Below, piece by piece: positions 26,631 to 40,626 of a stretch of 64,000 nt of DNA. The stretch covers positions 213,466,001-213,530,000 of the forward strand of contig OX597814.1 of the NCBI GenBank assembly GCA_951406725.2, written 5' to 3'. Below the pieces are notes generated by a model, which made no database searches, was not told where the DNA came from, and saw nothing but the letters and a program-made list of their open reading frames with translations. The stretch comes from Octopus vulgaris. Its lineage: Eukaryota. Numbering within the stretch: the first letter of the stretch is position 1; the number at the start of each line of letters is the position of its first letter. The position numbers and the translations under genes are program-made.

Positions 26631-28700
26631 TACATCAGCGAAGTAATGAAGTTTAACTAAAGCTATTAGACTTTTCCTCGCAGAGTTTTACATTTATGCT
26701 TATCTTAGAGATCTTCATTTTGCAAATAAAAAGAGTTTTGTGAGTAGGAAAATGTAGACTGAATACAAATGTCCCTTGCGAGATTCAGTTACATCGAAAT
26801 AGAACAGATCAAGAGACCCTCTAAATCTCAGTATATACTTATGTCACATTCCTGATAATGTTAGAAATCTGAAAAAGTGTACGAGATATATAAACTGTTG
26901 ATATGTTAAAAATTTGGTACAAACTTGATTCATATTGCTTGTTTCCAACACAAACACTGAAGACTTTACTATGCTGGACTTCCATTGAATAGCTAATCCT
27001 ACTAGTGCTACTATATTAACGTAATATTTTATGCAGATAGAACAGTACAAGTGGAATAGTGGAACAACCAAACTATAATGTATAATCTAAAAATATGAAG
27101 TCTCAGGCACCCTCTTACAACTCTTTAGCTACAAATTAAAATAATTTCGAATCAGATAAAAGTAATACTTCTTGGGTTGCCCGCACATTTCAGTGTTGTA
27201 AAACAAAATTATCAGTTTTTTATAATTCGCCCGATTTCATTGAAATACATAGTTAATTCTGGGATACACTGTATAATAGGTTAGATATGTTGTTTGTAAT
27301 GGATGTCATAGAGCGCTTGCCGTTCCACCTTCCCAGATTATATTCCTTAAATTTCATCTTCTATTTTACTCCTACTGCCTTCTCTACCAAAAGTAATTCG
27401 TCAGTCACGTAGTGCTAGCATAGCAAGCTGTCCTACGAATGCGCAGCAAAGCAAGGTTTTCTACCTCGGTTCTGTATTTTTCTCAATAGGAGAAATAACC
27501 CAATGAATCCTAAGTTTTTCTAAATTACTTATATTGCAAGGATAACTACCTCTCATATAGTTTTGCCTTTCAAACATGAATGGCGGATAACATATGCAAC
27601 TGTTAAGTACTCCGGTCAATTTAATTGTTTCCTACCTCAAGATATCTTTATATATGAGAAATTATCTTTTAGGGATCCCAATATATTTTGTTTCGAGAAC
27701 TACGGCCTCTGTTGATTATTTATTTTATATCATTCATGTTATCTACATGAAAACAACAGATTTAACATATTTTGGCAAGTTTTAGTTACTTATTCCAAAA
27801 ACAATTTGGTTATTCTGCGCCGGATGATATTCACTATTATACACTTGTTTAGGGATTACCCCATCACAACAGCAATTATGTTGAAATATATGCCTCACTG
27901 TTGAGGTAATAATAATGCCGGAACGTGTCTGAAGTTGTCTCACGTCCTTCAGAAAATAATTGGAATAATAATAACCTTTGGCTAAAACGGTTTCTTTAAC
28001 GTTGCATAATTATTTCGAGTCAGATTTTTAAAACTCTCAATATTAAAATGCGTCATACATATAGTAACCGTAAATTAAAAAGAAAAAAGCTTCACTCCAA
28101 TACAATCCAAACTTCCTGTCTTCGAAGCATAATTTCGGACATTATTTCTATTAGCTTTTATATTTCTTATTTATATTTTATTGTTTTACCACAGAAAGCA
28201 TTGCTGGCAGCAGAATTAGGTTCAGTGAAATGATTATGAATATTTTATCTCTTCTTTCGATTTAACTATGTATATAGGGGGTTAATATAGTCTTCTTTGT
28301 AGTTTTATTCGATTATTAATCTATCTTAGGGTCAATAATCATTTTTCTCCAATTTCTTACCAATTTGTTCAGGGACAGGACTTCAACCTGTCCTAAATTA
28401 TTTCAAGCGAGAAGTAGAATTATATCTGACATAACCAGGCATGTGCAATATTACACATAATAAAAATTGACATGTGAGCTTTCAGTTCATTCGTCCGTAA
28501 TTTTATATTGAGACACAATCGCGGTTTGTCAAATTTACATTTCAGTCTATAAAACAACTTTCGTATAATACTGACGTTGATTTGCATTATCAGCCGGATG
28601 AGTTTCTGCTGAGACATCTACTAAAATCGTATTTGATGCTTTCCTTTTCGGAAATCTCTTTTGTCCTTATTATTGGTATTGCCATTGTCACCGTCGTCGC

Positions 28701-28731
<31 letters not shown>

Positions 28732-29199
28732 TCCGTGATCATCATTTTTATTATATCCGCCGTAGGAAACATTTCGATTGGGAATAAGAAAATAATTGCA
28801 CGTCATTTTTTTTTTTGCCTTTTGATTTTCTTTTTACTTTTTGTTTTAGTTTTCATTCTCTAATAATCATAAATATGTCCAGCCACGTGAGAAGTTTATC
28901 TCTGTCATCAAAATTCTGTGTCAGAATCTCAGCTAATAAATTCACTTATCACGACAGGAAGCGGGTTCTGACAAGCTCAATATATACGCCGCATTTATGA
29001 TGCTTTATATTATTATATATGAGAGCTGAATGTGATTTTCAAGGTGTAAATGTTATAGATTCCAACACCACCATCTGCTTAGTCAACATAAGGATTATTT
29101 TGGGTAGCAAACAGCATTTTATTGTCACTTTGTAGTCTGTAATGTCATGAAAGATGTGCCACTTTATCAATGGTAAGATGCGATTGTAATATTTTTATA

Positions 29200-29900
29200 T
29201 TTTATTGTCTTTCTTAGTTTTACGTTTATATGCCAAGTGATTTGCACTAGCGTGGCTCTCAGCTTTTCGCATCCCCTATCTCCACTGCAGAAATTCATTC
29301 TGTTTCCCCACCTGCCGCTCATCCCGAGCAATCGAACAAAGTGCTGCAGAGAAGTTGCACACATCTGCTTAAGGTCCAGTAGCTTACGCTAATCATAATT
29401 CGTCAAAAACCGAATTGTGACGGCCTTGTTACTTTGCACTTGTATCACTCGGGGCCCATTGATCGACTTTCGTTCCTTCGTATTTCCCACAGGCACTAAA
29501 GAGAAAGACGTTGCAAAGAAAAAACTCTACACACTTAAAGAAATCTCGCCACTCTGTTCCTGGTGGAGCTGGATGGCTATTAGTCCAAAGATAAGGTCTT
29601 AGTTGCTAGTCACGTCCAGTACTTTTCACTTACCTTCTGGATTGATATTGCGGAATCGGACATTTTCTGAACAATGCATTGTCTCTGCCTCCAATTAGCA
29701 GCTGACACAGTAATGCATGCAGTTCGTACAAACGAAAATGGATCATGCCTTGGAAATTCTGGTCTTGCTGTCGGTCATTATGTCTATATCTAGTGAGCTG
29801 AGTTTGTTGAAGTAATTTGCTCTGCTTTCAAAGTGACCACTGTCCACCAACATTCACACTGCCTATAAGTGAGAAGTCCTATTTTACTTTATTCTTGTGA
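29200..29900 (-). mobile_element. Highly decayed RTE-like LINE fragment
   Basis: Weak minus-strand resemblance (LSSLDIDIMTDSKTRISKA) to the post-RT region of RTE elements. Confidence 0.3.
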
Positions 29901-31899
29901 AAGAACAATTGTTGTTCACTCTACCAAGCTGCGGCTGTTTCCGTGTGTTTGTCGGCGTTCGGATACCCTTGGAAATTTTCTATTCTGTCAAGATATTTGA
30001 CTCTTAAAAACTTTGTATATGCGTTTAGTGTTATTTTCATCATTTTTATGTGTTGCTGTACTATTTCTCAGTGTGATGCAGTTATCGTGTGTGATGTTTT
30101 TATGTTGATATATGTGATACGTTAATTTGTCGTTGCATTTGTCTATGGCTCAATGATTGCTATTTTGTTCGTGTTGTAGGTGGTTTGTAGCTCTTTGTGT
30201 GTTAACGGTGATGATGATTTTGGGGTGTTGATAACACTGCTGCTGCTTTTGGAGGTTGGTTTTGGTGCATCGTTTTCCAAAGACATTCTCTAATCTTTCA
30301 ATTTTATTTCATTTAACATGGTGTTTTCTTTTCTTTTTGTTTCTTTCATTCTCTTGGGCACTTTTTGCCAATTACGGCCTTGTCATCTTCGCCATATGAC
30401 ATGTCTGAGAAATCATAAATATGGAGAGGCATGTTTAGGGCATGGGTAGAGTTGTGATCAGTAAATTTTATTGTTTTGGGGAATTCTGTTTTCGTTGTTG
30501 TCGCTGCTGTCACTGATATGGTAGTCCACGAAGACAGTGCTTTTTTATTGTTTTTTGTTGCTGTTGTTTCCTCTGAGACTGTTCCTGCAGATGTTGTTGT
30601 AGGTGCTGTTTCAATTCTTGCAGCTGATAATGCAAACATTGTTGCTGCAACTGCTGGTCATCCAAACACTGATGGAAACATTATTGCTGGTGTTATCGTT
30701 GTGTTGATGAAGTTGCTGTTGTTGTTGTTGTTGTTGTTGCTAGCTTTAATCATGTTGACAGTAGTAGAGGTTTTCTTCAGCTGCCACCTTCTGTTGTAGC
30801 AGTAGAAGGGCTTGAGATGATCGGTGTTACTACAGTAGAAGTATCAACATCTTCTACTCAGCACAAATACCTAAATTCACTATCTTCTTGGGATCTGTAT
30901 TACGTCGGGGATTACATTCAGAGTCTCAGGTTTCACCTGAACTAGAAACTCCAGAACTTCCCAACTTTACTTTCCATTTTAGAATCTTTGTATATCTGTA
31001 ACAGCGCGCCAGAGTTTCCAACACATCTCACCACCCACCATAAATCTTGTTCAGCTTTTATGTTTGCAATTATCACTTCCAGTCCAAGATCAGCTTGCAT
31101 CAATGTAATTGTTTCACGGTGAAGTGTTTGTAGGCAAGGTTTCCGAGTGAAAATTCCCTCGTAAAAACATTCTTGGCTGACACGTGTGACAAAGTCCAGG
31201 TCTTGCCAATTAGTTTCAAGTTGAGATCAGCTTGTTCTGAGGAGATGCGCAACTGTGTTTGACTCTTCAATGATACGCAGCTATCAAGAATTGTTTACCT
31301 GTTCGCTGAAGTATGTCCTTTAGTATCATGAGTATAACGTTCCTTCCTTCTTATTTGTTTGTTGATGTGCTTCTCAGCTGGTTCCAAGTACTAGTGTTTT
31401 TTCCCATTAGAGTAAAGCTAACGTTTTAGCAATACCGACAAGAAAGTGACATTTTGTCATGCTAGCATTGTTGCTGCTGTTGTTATATTTGTTATTCTTG
31501 TTGTTGTTGTTGTTTGCTGTCTTCATTAATAAGTGCATGTATAGCGGCCGTGGCTTCATTGCTGTTGCTATAGACTCTCGTTCTTTTTAGTAGTAGCGAA
31601 GGTAATGAATTCTTCTCACCTGCTGGTGATTTTCTGGCTTTACTGCTAATACATGGTATTCTCTTTGACATCGTCCCTATCGCTCCTAGTGTTATTGTTG
31701 TTTTATTGTTGCTGCTAATGTTGTCTTTGTTGTTATTGTTATTACTGGCTGTTGACAGCGAATTGCAGTGACATCTTCAAAATTATTTTAATAATAAGAT
31801 AAAATAAACAATCTTCTGGAAAAAAAACAACCCTCTGGAAAGGAAAAGAATAAAAGATTACAGAGATTCTAAAAGTACGTTCAACTATGGCTGTGATTG

Positions 31900-33365
31900 A
31901 ATAATTCACCTCTGGAAACACGGGTGTTTCATTCATGCATTCTTTTCTTTACACACCTATTTTCAGTTTCATTCGTTTTCAATTTCTTGTACAGTGCTTT
32001 ATCTTTACTATCTTTCATCTTACACAATCCTGACCTTCTTACTTCTTGTAACAGCGGTTCTGTGGCATTTTTTACATGCCATGCTATGTTGTTTTCTTCT
32101 GCTCTAATGCTGTGTTTGCATCCAATAAGTCATCTTCCCCCTCTTTTTCTTGATACATACGGTCTGTCTGTGTCACTTTTTGGGTGGGGTGACCCATATC
32201 TAGTCAGCAACTTCCTTCTCTTTCTGTCTAAGCTGTTTAGTTCGTCTACTGTCCATGCGTTTACCCCTACTCTACGGAGTAAAACCGCCCAGGTGTTGAT
32301 AGCTTCGATCTTATTCTAATTTCGACTTAAGGATCAATCTCATTCTGCGCAATTGCTCCACCTTAAATTTTTCTGTCATTACTTTTTCCATCAATTTATC
32401 CATTTCCAAAATCCCCAAGTACTTATAGCCCGTCTCTTCTATCTGTCTCATAACCTCCCCCGACAGTATCGTTAGCCCGTCCATACATTTGATTTTGCCT
32501 CTCTTCAAGACTAACACACCACTCTTTCTCAGTCCGAACTCCATTCTGATATCAGTACTGAAGGTATACACCGTATCAACGAGGAAACTGACTTGGGCTT
32601 CATCTTTACCATAAAGTTTGAGGTCATCCATGAATAACAAATGGTTGACTTTTTGTTGGCGGCTTTTGAATACATACCCAGCTTTTGCTTTCCTCAGAAT
32701 CAGTGTTAGTGGTATCGACCACAGTATAATGACCAGTGAGGACAGGCAGTCCCCTTGGAATATGTCCCTCCTAATTTCTACTGTCCCTAAACTTCTTCCG
32801 TATGCTGTCAGGTCCGTCCTCCAATTCGTTTTGTCTATCACGAGTTGATCCTTGGTACCTCTGCACTTACCCTTGCAACTCTTCTGCTCATGTGGCAGGA
32901 CTCCATTTTTTCCAAATGTTCGTACATTGACTCTGCGAGTATTCCAGTCAATAACTTCCACATAAGTGGCAAACAGGATATCAACCTGTAACTGTCTACC
33001 GTATTGCCTTTTTCGATGTTTTCAAGCACAGCACTGTCCTACCCAATGTTAATCATTCTGGTGTTACTTGGTCTGCTTTTAGCAAGATGTTGAGTTGCGC
33101 AGCTATTCGTGCATGACATTAACTAAATCTTTTGAACCAGTAACCTTGAACTCAGTCTGGTCCCGGGGCCTTCCAGTTGCTCATTTTTTCATTTTTTTTT
33201 TTTTTTTGCTGATTTCCATCACTTCCCTAACTAAAATGACTAGTTCCGCCTGTGTTGGACAGACAACTGTTTGTTTCAGTTCTTGCAGCCATTCAGCATC
33301 CTTCTTGTGCTCCTTTTCTTTGCTCCAGATGTCACTCCAAAACCTTTGACTTTCATTATTATCTT
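31900..33365 (-). pseudogene. R4/Dong-like LINE, RT region, decayed
   Basis: FWSDIWS; [16 protein letters not shown]; EQKSCKG; IFQGDCLS; VNHLLFMDDLKLY; FGLRK; YKYLG. Confidence 0.9.
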
Positions 33366-33374
33366 GTATCATTT

Positions 33375-33467
33375 TTTATTATTGTTATTATTATCATTAT
33401 TGTAATTATTTGTTATTATTATTGCTATTATTATTATTATTGCTATTATTATTATTATTATTATTAC

Positions 33468-33528
<61 letters not shown>
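33375..33528. repeat. (TTA)n microsatellite at a LINE 3' junction
   Basis: Long att array. Confidence 0.95.
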
Positions 33529-33529
<1 letters not shown>

Positions 33530-33531
<2 letters not shown>

Positions 33532-35087
33532 TAGTTTTATTTTTATAGCGTGCTTTCACTTCACTACCGAGCGCAGCTCTGTGTGCCTTGGGTATGTGCT
33601 GTGATTTGTTGTGATGCTCTGATGGTTATTGTATGGAAAGTGTTCTGCGTAGGATGTGTGCAGTGCCTAGTAGTGCAATTTTCTGTATGTTATATGTGTT
33701 TGTAAGTCCTGGTGTTTTTGTTATGTATTTGTCTGAATATTTTTTTATCATGCCTAATGCACCTACTATGATAGGAATTGTTTCTGTTTTCAGGTTCCAC
33801 ATTCTAGTTATCTCTATTTCCAGGTCTTTGTATTTTGAGAGTTTCTCCATTTCTTTTAGAGACACGTTGTCATCTGCCGGTATTGATACATCAATTAGAA
33901 AGCATTTTTTTTCTTCATGATCTCTGACAACTATATCTGGTCTGTTGGCCTTAATTTCTCTATCTGTGTGTATCGGCATATCCCAGAGTATGGTTGCTTT
34001 CTCGTTTTCTGTGACCTTTTCTGGTGTGTGCCTATACCATCTTTTTTCTGTTGTTATTCCATAATGTTGGTATAGCTTCCAATGTATGTAGGTTCCAACT
34101 CTGTCATGTCTGTGAATATATTCCTTCTTAGCCAGGACTGGGCAGATAGAGATAATATGATTTATTGTTTCTTGTCCATCTCCACATATTCTGCAGTTAC
34201 TTGTAATATTTCTTTTCATTACATGTTTTTGGTAATTTCTGGTGGGGAGGCTTTGGTCTTGTGCTGCAATTAAAAATCCCTCTGTTTCTGCTTTGAGTCA
34301 TGAGCTTCTCAACCATTGCTGGGAGTTTTCTTTGTCTATTTCTTTTGCGTTTAGTTTAGTGCAGTATTTACCATGAAGGGGCTTTTCTTGCCATCGTTTT
34401 ATCATGGCTCGTTGCTGTTCTATTTTTAGTTTGGATTTCATTTGTTTTATAGCTTTTGTTGTTTCTTCATCATCTTCTTCTTCTTCTTTGTGTTTATTAG
34501 GTGGTATGATTTCTTGTTTGTATTTGTCAGCTTCCTTAAATACTGAGAACAGTTTTTTGTTTTGCTCGTGTTTTGCTGCTATCTGGATCAGTTTTCCTTC
34601 CTTCTGAAGTAGGTATTTTTGCAGTCCTATGGTGGTTATTTTATAGTAGTTTTCCAGCTGTATAAGGCCTCTACCACCTTCTATACGTTGTATATATAGT
34701 CTTTCTATGTCAGATTTTGGGTGATGCATCCTAGATCCTGTCAGTATTTTTCTTGTTTTCCTATCTATTTTGGACAGTTCATTTCGTGTCCAGTTAAGGA
34801 TATTGTAGCTGTAACTTATAACTGGGACAGCTAAAGTGTTGATACCTATTATCTTGTTTTTAGCATTGAGCTCTGTTTTTAGTATTGATCTGACTCGTCT
34901 ATAATATTCTTTTTTTATTTTCTCTTTCATTTGTGTGTATTGTGTCTTATCTAGTTCATGGATTCCTAAGTATTTGTAAGTTTGGCTTTGGTCTAATTCT
35001 TTTATTTCATTGGTTTTATCTAGTGTGATGTTGTTACTCTTAACTAGTTTTCCTCTTTTCATGGTTACTTTGGCGCATTTTTCTAAT
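33530..35087 (-). pseudogene. Young 5'-truncated R4/Dong-like LINE (RT end, CCHC knuckle, RLE)
   Basis: ORFs 34298-35062 and 33626-34219 share one frame, split by a single TGA; CRICGDGQETINHIISIC, RHD, RPDIVV, IDVS, EKLSKY; (TAA)n on both sides. Confidence 0.95.
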
Positions 35088-35094
35088 TATTATT

Positions 35095-35148
<54 letters not shown>

Positions 35149-35423
35149 TTTCTTCTTTCTTCAAATTTTCTTCCGTTTCTCGCCGAGTGTTTTCGATACA
35201 CCTAGGGCAGAGAAGGGCATTGTATGCATTCCCAGATTACACGCGCAAATTCACAGATAAAATATGTATTTAAAAATAAATAAATAAATATATTCATGGA
35301 TGGATGTTATTTTCACAGCGATAGTGCTCTTCTCAGTACATGAGCCGTTCCAGTTAATACGATTTTTTGCACTTCCTGTAGGGATGGTGAGCCTGGAATC
35401 ATTTTCAAATAGGTTTCAGTGCC

Positions 35424-35468
<45 letters not shown>

Positions 35469-35472
35469 GTTT

Positions 35473-35510
<38 letters not shown>

Positions 35511-35549
35511 TTATTATCGTTGTTGTTGTTATCATCATTATTATTATTC

Positions 35550-36250
35550 CTTCGTAGCAAAGTATAGGTAAAAATGCTCCGGAGACTTTAGTCATCTGTC
35601 AAGTCACAAGGATTTCAGACAGATAATACCTTCCTTAAGATGTGCGCTGTGCCCAATAAGTTTCCTATTGCAAGATATCAGTCTTGCATGGGATTTCAAG
35701 TTGCCTTAAGAAGTTTCATTGGTATTATGCCCAACGTCCGATCACCATTGGTATCACTTTTACATTACCCTCTCGTATTCCATACAGTCTTGCCATTTCT
35801 ACTTTCAATTCAGAGAACTTGGTGATTTTTTCAACCTCTTTACTCACAACATTCGTGTCATTTGGCATGGCTCCATCAATGATCTGACATTATTTGTCTC
35901 TCTTACTCAATATGACAATATCCGGCCGACGGTGTTCGATCACACGATCCGTCTGAAAGTCATTGTCGCAGAGTATCGTTACTTTTCCATCCTCCTCCAT
36001 AACTTTACTTGGTACATGCTCATACTAGTTCTCTGTTACTTCATATTGGTGTTTACGGCATAAGAGCCAATAAAGATACACATACTTTATCGTGACAGTG
36101 CTTGTCTTTCTTTTGTGCAAGGTCGCATTTTCCACACTCTTTCCACAGAGTCTGCATTTCTGGGTGTCAGAAGTTTTATGGATGTTATACTTCACTGAAC
36201 CGGAAGCAATGATCAGGCTTTCGGTGATATGCTTCAAATCCCCTCTCCTT
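35550..36250 (-). pseudogene. R4/Dong-like LINE 3' fragment
   Basis: KCRLCGK, IEHRRPDIV, LLGTAHILR; followed by TAA/TAG repeats at 35424-35548. Confidence 0.85.
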
Positions 36251-36274
36251 TTGTTAATTAAAGTTTCAACGTAT

Positions 36275-37215
36275 TAAACTAGAATATCAGCGAAATAAGG
36301 AAGACTGACAAGAAAATCCGTAATCTGTTAACTTGCTATAAGATGCACCACCCAAGGGCAGACGCAGATCGTCTTTACCATCTCAGAGCCCCAGGAGTTC
36401 GAGTCTTGGTCCAATTTGAAGCCTCCTACAACACCACCATATTTGGACTGGCCAAATATCTTGAAACATCTAACGACTGGATGCCAAAACTCGTTGAAAA
36501 CCACGAGAGACGTAAGAAGCTTCATTCTGTCATAACGGAGAGCAAAAAATTGTCTAGTGAGTTCAATCATTCTGAAGAGCATGATTGAAATGTGGCAACT
36601 ATTGTTGCAAAGAAGATTAGATCAATGGCAAAGCAAAAAGCGTTTGAACAATTGGCTAATAAGTGGGAACAAAATGCTCTACACGGCAAATATGCGGCCC
36701 GTAGCAAACAGACTAATGTAGACCAGAAGCACACCCATCAGTGGTTACGGAGCTCAAGGACCAAAGGTAGATTGCGGAGGTCTTAACTTGGTTGCTCAAG
36801 ATCAGAGCTTATTGACCCGGAACTACCAAGCCAATGCAATAAAAAATGGAGTAGACCCAAAGTGCCGATACTGCAACGATGAGATTGAAATAGTGGACCA
36901 CCTAATCCTCGGATGTAAGCTTTTATCATCAGTAGAGTATAAATCAAGATATGACAGAGTTAACTAATATCTACACTGGATAAATCAAAACTGTTGACAA
37001 ATGGTACAAGCAACATCCTGGGGCTGTAGCTGAGAGAGAATATGTAACGATTCTTTGAGATTTTTTAGTACATACAGACTGGACCATCAAATCTAATACA
37101 TCCGATATTGTAAAAGGCCAAAACAATAAAATCTATTTATTGATTGACATGAGCATGCCCTGTGATCATAATATCTCGGCAAAAGAATTTGATAAGCAAG
37201 CTCAGAATATATAAT
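36275..37215 (+). pseudogene. R4/Dong-like LINE fragment (thumb to RLE)
   Basis: MHHPRADADRLY, LHGKY, HQWLRSS, AQDQSLLTRNY, KCRYC...VDHL, LLIDMSMPCD. Confidence 0.85.
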
Positions 37216-37259
37216 TGAAAGCATCTAAGAAGAGAATAATAATGAAGAAGTACGAATGA

Positions 37260-38790
37260 AATTCAGAACACCAATTTGGTGAAGTAGAGGAGAAGATAAA
37301 GCAAAAAGTGCAAATGAAAACTGCGTGTATATGCCGCTTCTAAAGACAATCCTGATTCTTCCAAAATAACAGCGTGTTTAGAAATACTCCAAAGGTGTTC
37401 TATAGGTATATTAGAAAGAGCACCATCAAGATATGAGAAATCTCCACAGTGCATGAAATATTGGAGTTCTGGAGGAACATTTGGTCGAATAAAACGAAGT
37501 ACAACTGTCATGCCCCATGGATTAATAGACACAAGGAAACTGAGCTTATAGAATAGCAAATATGGGAAGAGATAAGTGTGTAAGGTCTCAAACTCACATT
37601 AAAAAATTTGAGCAAGTGGAAGTCACCTGGTACGGATAAGATTCCAAACTACTGGCTCAATGTTTACAAACTCACACAAGAAGCTAACTTGTTGCTACAA
37701 CGAAATTATGAAGGAACTGCAGATGACCCCAAAATGGCTGGCCAAATTATGACTTATTTCCTTCCCGAAATGATGAAACAAAACACCAGTAAGAATTGCA
37801 GCGCCGTGACGTGCCTTACAGCAATGTACAAATCCCTTACATCTCTCGTAATGGAAAGCGCATATGCTTTTCTCATTAACAGCATCTTCTCTAATGAACA
37901 GAAAGGATGTAAACGCAGGTGTTATGGGTGCAAGTGTCAACTTTTAATTGACAGAATGATCTTTAAAGATTATCACAAGAGAAGAAAATACCTTCCAGTG
38001 TCCTTGATAGACTACAAGAAGGCCTCTGACCGGCTTCCTCACAGTTGGATAAAGAAATACTCCGAGGTGTTCAAAATTTCACCAGTAATCATGATTTCTG
38101 TATGTTATTCCATGAAGCCCTGGAAAACGACATTAATTCTCAACACTGACACTTCAAATATGTACGCTGGGTAACTCAATATTAATAGTGGTATCTTTCA
38201 AGGTGATTGATTATCTCCTTTGTTATTCAGCCTAATACAGCTTTCTCTTAGTAAATTCTTGAATGAAACAAATATGGATGCGGGATGTATGGGAAAACAG
38301 TTAATCATCTTGATAAGGATGACTTGAAACTGTTCGCATAAATTATCAACAACTGCAAGCATTCCTACACAGTCAAACAATTTAGTAATGACATCGAAAT
38401 AGATTTCGGGGTTGACAAATTCGCCAAGGCTACATTTCTTAAGGGAAACAACTATCAAACACGTAACAACACCCTAGATAGAGGCATCGAGATAGAAGTA
38501 TTAGAACCTCAGGGCAGTTATAAGTATTTAAGTTATAAGTATATGAAGGAGATGGGATTAAGCACTCACGAATTAGAGAAAGGATAAGGAAAGAGTGCTA
38601 CCAAAGAGTAGCACTTCATTATCAATCACATACAGCTTCAATATTTTAAACTGGTCCCTCACTGAGATCTACAAAGTTGATGTCAAAATATGAGGGCTGA
38701 TGACAATTTGTCGTTTGCATCACCCAAAAGCGGACACAGACTGAGTACACCTTCTGAGAAGAGAAGGCGGTCGAGATTAATACAATCTGA
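37260..38790 (+). pseudogene. R4/Dong-like LINE fragment (RT)
   Basis: WKSPGTDKIPNYWL, EQKGC, QLLID, IDYKKASDRLPHSWI, GIFQGD*LSPLLF. Confidence 0.88.
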
Positions 38791-38799
38791 ACTCCCACC

Positions 38800-39780
38800 G
38801 AAGATCGCAACCATGGGACTTTCTGCCTGCTTCATCATTGTTTCAATGCGTCTAACAAGCATACTGAGAAAATCCAGGCCTGCATATGGGCTTAACAAAA
38901 CTAAGGTAAATATAAATCACTCGCTATTTATAGATGATCTCAGTTTGTTCATGAAAATGAATCAGACCTGGATTATTTGATTCATTTAGTAAGCATGATA
39001 AACATATTGGTATGTAGGCTGAGTAAATACGTGTGCAGATTTAATTATGAAACGAGGCTGATAGTATATCATTACCAGAAAGTAATATTAAATTACCGAG
39101 AGATAATGAAATACACAAGTATATAGGGGTGCCACGCGGATAAGGTAACGGAAAGAAAACGGTAAAGTCTCCAAAGAGGAAAAGAGAATGAGTGGAACGG
39201 GGCTCGAAACGAAACTAAATTAAGGGAGATAATGTTATCAAAGTAATCAATATATGGGTATTGCCAGTATTGAAATGTACAGTTTCATTTTTAAAGTATA
39301 CAAAGAGCTGCCGGAATTGGAAACTATTAGCAATCTGTTCATAATTCACAACGTGCACAACCCAATAAACGATATCGACAGGTTCTTCCTAACAAGAAGA
39401 GACAGGGATTTGTTGAACTCAGAAGACATCTTCTGCACTCCGAAGCTAGGTTGGGAAAGCTATATTGTGCGTAGTGAAGAATAGCGAAGAATAGTGAAGA
39501 ATACTATGTGCAAAATATTCAAAATGTAGAAGTTAAAAACAAGAATATACGACAGGATAATCAGCTTGGAACGCAAATCTGTCTAATCCAAGAAATTAAA
39601 TAAGTATGATGGAAGTAAAGAACGATCGCTGTAGCTGAGAGAGGGAAACTTGAAACGAGAAACTGAATCACCGGTTATAACCGGTAAAGAACAAGGAGGA
39701 ACTTGAGACAAAGATTGATAAAACTCAGTTACAGAATGTGTAGAAAATAAATAAGAGATACGAAACTGAAAGTATATTTT
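38800..39780 (+). pseudogene. Old R4/Dong-like LINE fragment
   Basis: INHSLFIDDL, IKVINIWVLP, HNPINDIDRFF, LKRETES in broken frames. Confidence 0.65.
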
Positions 39781-39789
39781 GGGTACTAG

Positions 39790-40620
39790 ATTTGCAAACT
39801 TCTTATCTACAGTTGTAGGCGTTTTCTTTTTTTTTTCTTCTCTATTTCTTAAACCTCATTGATGTGCAGAGAGCAGTAGATTTCCACATCATAGTATATT
39901 TATTGCTGGTGGTCTTACACAACAATATCTGTACAATTGTGCTTCTCGGCCTTTTGGCTAAGATCAAAGTGTAGTATGTGCTTTGACTTGGTAGCTGTTA
40001 ACTTCCACCAATTTTTCTTCTGATCCACCGGTCTCGATAAAGTTAACTTTGTTGGTGCTTTATGATTTGTTATCCTATTCCAGACTCTTCTATCCTTTTC
40101 ATCATGCCTCGTGAGAAGTTGATATCTAGAATACATTTTCTCGGAGTTGGTAATAATTTGGTTGATGTATTCAGCCTTTGTTCGTACAGCCTACATTTGT
40201 CGTCTGTCCATGTTTTTTGCCTTTTATGCTGCAAGCTCTTGATAGGAATCTCTTGTTCTTCAGTTACATGGAGATATCCTTCAAGGTTGGATCCCATAAA
40301 CTTGTCGGCTTTCAATGCTAAGCTGAAGATATGTCATATTCCCCCTAAGTCTTACGTCTGTCTTGCCATGTACTCATGCACCACCTTTTCAGTGAATTTT
40401 TTTTAATTTTGTTCTTTTGATAAATATAATTTACCAATTCTCTTTGGGGCGTTATCTGCATCGGCTCTTATTTCATGCCTCTCCTCACGTGCAATATGTA
40501 TCCTAATTATGATGTTGATCTCCTGCTCGCAAACTTGGGCAAGATGGTTACCAGATTGTTTTCTCTGCTGCAGGTGTTGCTTCATTGTCATAATACGTAC
40601 TTCATATGACATGAATACAA
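39790..40620 (-). pseudogene. RLE LINE fragment, second lineage
   Basis: LEGYLHVTEEQEIP, DDKCRL, and WWKLTATKSKHNCTDIVV once the U2 insert is removed. Confidence 0.75.
39941..39977 (+). pseudogene. U2: U2 snRNA 5' fragment (about nt 4-39)
   Basis: gcttctcggccttttggctaagatcaaagtgtagtat matches the U2 5' end including the GTAGTA branch-point recognition sequence; bounded by direct repeat tgtgctt (39938-39944 and 39977-39983). Confidence 0.92.
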
Positions 40621-40626
40621 TGTATG

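Noticed and set aside
30346-30799. Thr/Ala-rich and Val/Leu-rich ORFs (mucin-like or membrane-like)
   Set aside because: Decayed (GTT/GCT)n low-complexity sequence, open on both strands by composition.
39941-39977. Functional U2 gene or Utopia/Keno insertion site
   Set aside because: Only ~37 nt, with no Sm site or 3' stems; the flanking LINE is antisense and continuous across the insert, so U2 is the inserted piece.
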